A DNA stretch of 64,000 bases from the human T2T-CHM13v2.0 reference genome, Homo sapiens. Numbering within the stretch: the first letter of the stretch is position 1; each line of letters opens with the position of its first letter. Location of the stretch: assembly GCF_009914755.1 (NCBI RefSeq), contig NC_060935.1; one strand, given 5' to 3'. Positions 55,545-64,000 of the stretch are shown piece after piece. A program made the position numbers and the translations under genes. The notes under the pieces are model-generated. The model worked only from the letters and a program-made list of their open reading frames with translations. It was not told where the DNA came from and did not search any database.

Positions 55545-57150
55545 TTCCTGTGACATTTTGGAAGCCCTGAACTTGCTGCAATTTATTTCAATCTTCCATC
55601 CTTACCTCTTAATTGAAAGTACTTTTTCTATAGTTTCTTGATTTCCAAACACAGGGGACTCTCTTTAGTTTTTGCCTCATGAACTTCCCTATTGCATTTG
55701 ATACTTTGTATTGTGTCCTCCTGGAAACTATCGATTCTTTTGGCCTCTGTATGCTGTGTTTTCCCAGTGCCCCCTGTATACCTCTATATCTCCAAACAAT
55801 CCTTCTGTGACTCATTTGGGACTCCCCTTTTCCATCTGCCACTGAAATATTGGTGTTCCCCTAGGGTTTCAACCTGAGACCTCTGCATTTCTCACTGTAC
55901 ACACTTGTGGTTGACCTCATCCGCAATCACCATTTTAGTTACTAACCAAATGCTGATGTGAATGAAATCTCCATCCTCCATCCATTGCCTTTGGGCAATC
56001 TCCAGACCTCTTGCCCAAATTTCAACTCCAAAGCAAACTCTGCTTGCCGTCGCTAACTGAAAGGCCTACAGTCATCTCAAATTCAAGATGCCCAAGGATA
56101 AACATGTCATCCGTCTTTCTAATCTTGGTGCTGCTCTTGGATTTTCTGTTGCAATTGATGAATTGTATTTGCCTGTTCATCCAAGCTAGAAACCTGGGAG
56201 TCATCCATTATTGAATCCTCTTTCTTCTCACCCTCCATAATCTAGTTATATTTTTAGATTGCCCAGGAACAGAGGCATGGTCAATTTAGCCCAAGTAACA
56301 GGAGCCTATTTGGGCAGAAAGGAAGACAGAGGTCTAATGGCAGTGAATCAGGCCTCATAAAAAGTACAAGTAGACCCAAGACAGCTCAAGAAACCTCAGG
56401 ACTTGCAGTTTGTGGAGCTTCCTGGCCATTGATGTGACTCCAACATCTCTGCCATATTCACCCCTGACATTATTTTTCTTATTATTTTCCCACATCCTGT
56501 ATCTTTCCCTACATCATAGATTATCTTCATAACTTTGGCTTGGTATGGCCTCTCATGATTCCAACCCTACTTCCTCCTTCACATAGCCTCAACTTGATCT
56601 CATTTGGGCCTCTTCTCCTCCTCTTCATAGACTGTTTTCTGTATGTTCAATCTTTTGGGTCTCTGGGATCTAGGTCACATTGCAGGGTACTTGTCAGCTT
56701 CCCTTACATCAGGTTCCCATTCCACTCCAAGCACCTGTAACAGGAGGAGAGGTTAACGTGAGATGAAATATGACCACTCCAGTTTGCCCCTGAATGGTCT
56801 AGACTGGACATTTATCTGTCACAGGGGAAGCTAGCATAGCAGGTACTATGATTGACAGGTTAGTATATTCCTTACTCAATATATCATCAAGTCCTATCAA
56901 ATTTATCTTCTGAACAGTTTTCAAGCCTACATCCTTCTCTCCATTCTTAATCTCAATGTTTTGGTTCAAATTCTCATCTTCTTTTATCTGCCCGTGGTGC
57001 TAGCGTGGTGCTATCCCTACCTCTGGTCTTGTTCCTTCAAATATATCTTCTGCATAAGCAACAGACTGATGGAACCAAAACACAGCCCATGTCATTTCTC
57101 TGCTTAAAAACTTTTAATACCTTACTCCCTTATTACTCCTAGGAACAATT
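55545..57150 (+). mobile_element. L2 RT-region remnant, interrupted at ~56245-56880 by an unclassified (possibly old MLT1) insert
   Basis: ttggtgttcccctaggg (GVPQG motif relic), atgctgatg, caagctagaaacctgggagtcatcc; resumes catcaagtcctatcaatt. Confidence 0.7.
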
Positions 57151-57767
57151 CCAATTTCTATGATTTGACTTTTCCTCTTTGTGATCTTCTTTTAGCAGCT
57201 TACTTCCTTTTTATCTGTTTCCTATCCTCTGTCTTATTCCTCCTCCGCTTCCTGCTCCTTCTTCCTGAATTGATCATATTTTCAGTTTTAAGTATACTTA
57301 AAATATCTCTGTATTTATTGAATACAATTTGTTACTTGTTTTTAACTAAAATATCTGATGAATTTAATTTCCATTTGTCCCTTAAAAGGAATCCAGAAAA
57401 GCTAATCACATTAAGTTGTTTTTCATTTCCACATGATTAATTTTTCTTCCCTGAGGGTCAGTGCTTCATCAACTGTTTTGGCTGATTGCAAAAGCATCAT
57501 AATCATCTTCTGGAATTCAGTCTCACCCCAATCCAATCCATCTTCTCCATTTATTTTTCAGGAACATCTATCTGATCATGCGTCTCTCCTGTGTAAATAC
57601 ACAAGGCTTCTCTCAGGCCTACTCTCTGCAGCTTCCTCTCTCTCACATCAAATGCCCTCCATGTACTTTCTTCTATAGTCTCCCTGTGAAGGGGCCTCTT
57701 CATACCCCCAGCCCCAACCAGGCAGTGGGCTTTAGTCTGCAGGATGATATTATAGTTTCATTTAATC

Positions 57768-58042
57768 TTTTTTTTTTTTTTTGACATAGAATCTCTGTCA
57801 CCCAGGCTAGAGTGCAATCATGGCTCACCGCAGCCTCATCCTCCCAGGCTCAAGTGATCCTCCCATCTCGGCCTCCAGAGTAGCTGGGACTATAGGCATG
57901 TGGCTAATTTTTTTTTATTTTTAGTAGAGATGAGGTTTCCCTATATTGCTCAGGCTGGTCTTGAACTCCTGGGCTTAAGCAATCCTCCTGCCTTGGCCTC
58001 CCAATGTGTTGGGATTATGGGCGTGAGCCACTGCACCCAGCC
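57768..58042 (-). mobile_element. AluJ SINE
   Basis: Poly(T), caggctcaagtgatcctccc, gaactcctgggcttaagcaatcctcc. Confidence 0.95.
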
Positions 58043-58438
58043 TACTATTCTATTTATTCTCCTAGAGAATATCACACTAATTTAGGTTTTGGGGCCAATT
58101 TCTGTGTGTCCATTTGATACAATCTAACTATTTGAAAAGTGAAAAATTCAGTTCTTTAATGTGCCGTTTTTCTTACTGCCACCAAGATACTGATTTAGCT
58201 GTTGGAATGCTGAGCCCAAACTCCTAGCCATTATGATACATGACCTCTGGGGGCAGAGTTGTGCTATTATCACTTTTACTTAGTCTCCTTCCCCTTGGCC
58301 CCTCTACTCCAGCAAACCTAGCCCTGTGCTCTCCCTGTAGGTGGTTAATAAATGCTGTGGGTGCAAGAGATTATTTTCTCCAAAGTACTTGGTTACCAGC
58401 TACCTATGTCAAGGAGTTAAAAGAGAAAGCCAAAATCA

Positions 58439-58766
<328 letters not shown>

Positions 58767-58907
58767 TTAAATCTTTGTCTAAATAGCTAATTCAAGGGTC
58801 ACTTGAGGCCAACCATGGTGGAGCTTAAAGCACACAACTGGGATTGGTGCCACCTGGAGGGAGATGGGGGTGGTGCATGAGGTGATGCATGGTGGATGAC
58901 TTCAGTC

Positions 58908-59780
58908 CAGTGGCTTCTCATTAAGATCAGGCCAACGCCTCCCTGGCAGGCCATTTAGATCTTTAAAAATTGATATATAATAAACTGCACATATTTAAAA
59001 TATGTGGAATTTGATATGTTTTGACATAGATATATACCTGGGAAACTGTCACCACCATCAAGATAATGAACTCACCTGTCACCCACCAAAGTTTCACTGT
59101 TCCCCTTTGTTATCTCTCCCCCCGCTGCTCCGTACTGCCCCACTCTCTCCCCAGGCAACAAATGATCTGCTTTTTGTCACTACTGGTTAAGTTTGCATTT
59201 TCTCGAGTTTCATATAAACTATAATATATAGTTGTTTGTGGGGAGGAATCTGGCTTCTTTTAGTCAGCATAATTATTTTGAGATTCATCCATGCTGTTAC
59301 ATGTTCATTCGTTCTTATTGCTGAGTTGTATCGAGTCCATTGTATGGCTCTGTCTCTATTCGATTAATCATTCACCTGTTGTTGGATATTTGGGTTGTTT
59401 GCAGTTTTGGACCACTACAAGTAAAGCTGCCATGAACATTCATGTACAACTTTTTGTGCTTTCATTTTCATTTCTCTTGTGTAAATACCTGGGCGTGACA
59501 TGGATAGGTCATATAGTAGCTGTATGTTTAACTTTTACATTCCTGTCAGCAATGTGTGCTGGTTCCAGTTGCTCTACATCCCCACAACACTTGGTATGGT
59601 CAGTCTTACTGATTTTAGCCATTCTAATAGGTATGTAGTGGGCCATTTAGATTTTGAACTTAAAGAAAAATTCAGGTCCCATTCCAGGCCTACTGATTCA
59701 TAACTTAGGGGGAGAGAGCTTGGGGTGTTGTATTTTTAGAAACAGAGATGGCTGATGGTCAGTCAGTTTGGGATGCCCCA
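58908..59780. mobile_element. MER5-like MITE split by an L1 3' end
   Basis: cagtggcttctca... | ...caggtcccattccaggcctactgattca...tgtatttttag...cagtttggga. Confidence 0.5.
58961..59640 (-). mobile_element. Old L1M (MB/MD/ME-type) 3' end with intact TSD
   Basis: aataaactgcacatatttaaa...gtcaccaccatcaagata; GGCCATTTAGAT at 58949-58960 and 59641-59652. Confidence 0.85.
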
Positions 59781-60489
59781 ACACTACATCACACTGGTTC
59801 CAACTTCTCTGAAGGGGCTCAGATAGGACCCTGACAGAAGTTGGGTGGGAAGGCAGGGAATGGAGACAGAAACCTTTTTCTTCAGGATGAAATGTGTCTA
59901 ATTAGCCGAGCTTGTGTTGGATCAGCTATCATCGACCAGAGTCAAACCTGTCAGCTTAAAAAAGTCCCTAATTAGAGGAGAAAAACCTTGATTCACCTCC
60001 TCTGGAAGATCTGCTCCTATGTCATCGGAGGGAGTGATATTGTGCTGGGTCAGGCAGCACGGCTCAGTGGGGCCAACATCAGAGTCTGCAGAAGAGTCAA
60101 AATGGCACCGCAAATCCATTGCAGGAGTCTAGCCACAGTCAAACTCCTTTCCATTCTAAGGTGATAGATACAAGTAGAAAAGAGACAATGTAGAAGAAGT
60201 AGCCATGCTCAAAAACAAAGTACAACTTCTGTGGCTAGAAATGGTACAGAAACACACACAAAACAGTCACATGGCTGCTGCTGGAGGTCCACTGGGCTCC
60301 AGGACTAGTAGCAGGTTTAGGCAGCCAAGAGTTCATTTCTTGGCGGGTAAAGGGAGACACAGTGCTCCCACAAAAGAGAGTAGACTAGAGTTTGGTTTGC
60401 TGCTTATAGGAAGGGGCTAGGGTAGGGTTTTCCTGTCTGGGAAAGGGGCCAAAAGGAGTTGTTGCCAGGGCCAGCTTGTTGGAATTTGA

Positions 60490-60720
60490 TCTAATACATA
60501 TTGAGCATTTGCTATGTGTCATGCAGTATTCTAAGCTTCTTGTTTGGATTAATGTTCTTAATTCTCACAGTGCTATGAGGTAGATTCAATTACTATCATC
60601 ATTTTAGAGATAAGACAAAGAAAGATTGTTATGTTTATTGCCTTAAACCAGACAGCGAGTAAGTACAGAGCAAGGGTTAACACCAAGGTGTATGGCTCCC
60701 CAGTCTGTGGGCTGGACCAC
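60490..60720 (-). mobile_element. MIR SINE
   Basis: attgagcatttgctatgtg...ttaattctcacagtgctatgaggtag...cattttagagataag. Confidence 0.65.
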
Positions 60721-61009
60721 CACCCCAGGGCCTCACAGTGAGTTGCAAGACAAGTGAAGTTGAAGGAAGCAGATACAGTCTTGCAGCTAGACTCTGAAAG
60801 AAGCCACATACTAGGGCAGTGCCAGGACCTGTGATCCCAGTAACATGGCAGGTCAAGAATGATCGATAGATGATGGATTCTGTTCTAGGGGCCCTACAGT
60901 CTGGCTGGAGGGCACCTGAAATATTTCAAGAGTGGGAGGAAGTTATAGAGCAAGAATAAGAGTGAGCAAGTGAGTACAAGGGAAAGAAAGAAAAAGCTTC
61001 CTCTGAAGA

Positions 61010-61400
61010 TGAGCCTGCAAACAAAAATTCTAAAACACACAAGGGAGAGCGATATGGAGACACAGCCAACAACAAAAACACATGGTCAGTGAGATCACTT
61101 TAGATAAAATGAGACTATTAGAGCAATGTGAAAATGATTTTAAAATAAGTCTACTTATGATCTTTAAAGAAATAAAGAATGATATACTAACCACTAAAAG
61201 TACAAGGATATTTAAAACAGAAAGGCAGAAATGAAATACAAACCACTATAAAAAAGAATTAAATAGAAAGCCCATGAATAAAAAATATTTTGAATAAGTT
61301 GAAGAGAGAATTAGTGAATCAAAAGATTATACTGAGGGATTCACCTAGAATGCAGAACAGTAAGCTAATGAGATAAAAAATATGAAGGAGCAGATAATAG
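61010..61400 (+). mobile_element. Old L1M ORF1-region fragment
   Basis: gaagagagaattagtgaatcaaaagat...tcacctagaatgcagaacag...gagataaaaaatatgaa. Confidence 0.55.
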
Positions 61401-61726
61401 TGATAGCCAGCTATTTTTAAATTTGCCAGTGGACAAAATGCTTTACATTGCTATTTCATGTAAACTTTATGACTAACCTTTGAAATGAGTATCTTCATTT
61501 CCCCCCACCAATGTTATGCACAAGTAATAACATCGGCAGATTCACCCTTTTCTTGGTCCAGTCTCTTTTATTTCTTTTGTTTTATCACAATCATACCCCC
61601 TACATATAAAATACATCCTATATAAAATAATTACACAATCATTTTATATAATTATAAAAGTTATACATATTTATAATAGAAAATGGAGCAAGTATACAAG
61701 CAGAAATCATCTGTAATTCTCAAACC

Positions 61727-62031
61727 CAGGGATCCCCAGTCCTCGGGCCATGGCGGCACAGCAGGAGATGAATGGCTGTCCAGTGAGCATTACCACCTGA
61801 GCTCCACCTGTCAGATCAATGGTGGCATTAGATTCTCATAGGAGCAAGAACCCTATTATGAACTGCACGTATGAGGGATCTAGGTTGTGTGCTCCTTATG
61901 AGAGTCAAACTAATGCCTGATGATCTGAGGTGGAACAGTTCCACCCTGAAACCATCCCCCGCACCCTTGGTCTCTGGAAAAATTGTCTTCATGTAACCGG
62001 TCCCTGGTGCCAAAAAGGTTGGGGATGGCTG
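61727..62031 (+). mobile_element. MER1B hAT-Charlie MITE
   Basis: cagggatcccca ... ggttggggatggctg termini; gcattagattctcataggagc core; 8-bp TSD CTCAAACC/CTCTAACC. Confidence 0.9.
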
Positions 62032-62039
62032 CTCTAACC

Positions 62040-64000
62040 CACCAATATCTACTGGATCAGGATCTTACTGTGTTTCCTTCTAGGTTCTATTCTGTGTCAC
62101 ACATATATGTACATATATTTGATGTTATCTATAATAATTATTATGGTATTTTAAATATATTATTTTTAAACCATTAAATATTTAACATTAAAATTAAATA
62201 TTTAACCAATTAATATTATTTAATATTATAGCATGAGTTTTTCTCATATTAAAATTCTTAGAAAAACTTCCTATCAACTGCCTAATAGACGCACTATAAT
62301 ATTTTTTGACCATATCTCTGCTGTCAAGTTTTAAGCAAGTTCAAATTTTCCACTGATACAAATAACACTTTATACATAAATCTGTGTATCTCTATTTACT
62401 TTGGATTTTTTCTCTTTGGGATATTTAATTTAGGAAGTGTTTAAATTTCCATATTTTCCACCTAAAAACTTTTGTTATGAATTACTAGTTTTGTTATGTT
62501 GTCAGGGAATGTTGCTTATACAATGTATGCATTTAGGAACTTATGAAGCTTGCTTTGTAGCTCAGTATCAACTTTTGTAAATGTTTCATGAGCACATGAA
62601 AAGAAGGTGTATTTAGTGATTGTAGGGTACATTGTTTGATGTATTTTTATTAATTCAATTCCATTAATTTTATTCTTCAAATCCTCTATATCTTTACTTA
62701 TTTTTCTTTTCTTAATCTATCAAGAAAGAGTGGGTGGCTTAGTGTTCCATGACAATTATATATATCAATTTTCCCATGTGTTTCCAACAATTTTTGCTTT
62801 TATTTGCTGAGTTATTTGACATATAAAAATTTGTGAATAGTATATTTTCATTGTGGATTATAACTTTTATAAATGTAAAGTGACATTTTATGTTTCGTTG
62901 AATGCATTTTGCTTGAATAAAACCTTTCCAGAATTTAACATTGCCACTCTGTGCTGTACTATTTCGCATTTGCCTGAAAAATCGTTATTCATTCTTTTAT
63001 TTCACACCATTTTTTGCTATTTTGCTTTATGTCTATTTCTCACAGTCAAGCTATTGTAAGATTTGAGTTTGTTGCACAATTGGAGAATAGTTTTATTAGG
63101 GTAGTTAAACTCTTTATATTTATTTAGTGATTGATTTATTTTTTTATTTGCCACCTATTTTATGCTTCTCATTTTTATGCTTCTTTGCTTTTTCTTTGTT
63201 TTCTATCTAAAGCTATATGGAATGTGTTTTATGTCTTTTGATATTATTCAGTGACTTGGAAGACATATTCTATTTTAAATTATGTTACCAATTACTTTTA
63301 AGTATTAGAAACATTGAAATGTGTACTTTAAAAAGTTTTCATTGTGATATAAAACATGTAAAAATGTATTGTATACCAGAAAATTACTAAGAGAGTAGAT
63401 TTTTAAATGTTTTCATCACAAAAGTGAGATTATATATGTGTTAATTAGTCTGATGTAGACATTCCAAAATGTATATACACATCAAAACATCATGTTGTAC
63501 ACCATAAATACAATTTTCATTTGTCAATTAAAAAAACACAAATAATTAAAAATGCATAAAATACATATGTTCAGTTTATTGAATAATTATTAAGCAAATA
63601 CCTATATAAATACGAACTTTTACTTTCACTTTCTGTATCCTTATGGTTTTGACGTGCTTCCTATTGGAATGATATGACATGGTTTTTATTTAATCCAGCA
63701 TGACGATCTTTGTTTTTTTATTTGAGTGTTCAGTTCATTTAGATTTAAGGCAGTTGCCCATATGTTTTCATTTTAAATCTACCACCTTATTTTGTGGTTT
63801 CCATTTGTTCAACCTTTTCTGTTTCTTTTACATTACTTTATTGCGTTTATTTGGACTTAAGGAGTATTTTAGATAATCATTTCAATTTTTTTTGGCCAGT
63901 TTGGAAATATTTATTCTGTTTCTATTCATTTGGTGGTTACCTGAAAAATTACTATGTGTGTACTTAACTTATCAAAGTCTGAAGGAAATTGATTTTTTAA
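62040..64000 (-). mobile_element. Old L1M fragments (3'UTR and EN region), AT-rich
   Basis: tgtaaatgtttcatgagcacatgaaaagaaggtgtatt; ttcttcaaatcctctatatctttact; ttaatccagcatgacgatctttg. Confidence 0.65.
63375..63550 (+). mobile_element. L1MA 3' terminus nested in older L1
   Basis: ctaagagagtagatttttaaatgttttcatcac...aaaacatcatgttgtacaccataaata...tttgtcaattaaaaaa. Confidence 0.8.

Noticed and set aside
59922-60119. 65-aa protein-like minus-strand ORF
   Set aside because: No recognisable homology or minus-strand splice context; length within chance

Overview
Non-coding primate (human-like) genomic DNA, intergenic or deep intronic. I recognise no protein-coding exon, tRNA, rRNA or other host gene. 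Every ORF with recognisable homology is a broken LINE-1 ORF1/ORF2 remnant; the rest are artefacts of Alu, LTR or simple repeats. The window has three compartments. (i) ~1-30 kb: ancient repeats (MIR, L2, MLT1, LTR16, HAL1, hAT MITEs) interleaved with repeat-free islands rich in homeodomain/TALE/FOX/E-box motifs (candidate enhancers). (ii) ~30-55 kb: an almost solid nested LINE-1 cluster, including a tail-to-tail pair of L1PA elements, plus a MER52-type LTR. (iii) ~55-64 kb: mixed L2/Alu/L1/MER. I found no convincing new biological system. The most notable observations are structural: an L1PA7/8-like element with both ends intact but ORF1 and half of ORF2 deleted at a microhomology; a ~2 kb-arm, spacer-less inverted L1 pair; a probable ~440 bp micro-inversion bounded by 16-bp inverted repeats; a perfect 20-bp-stem hairpin inside an old L1; and a MER41-group LTR with tandem STAT (GAS) motifs. 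Repeat families were called from memory of consensus sequences, so subfamilies and boundaries are approximate unless a TSD is quoted.
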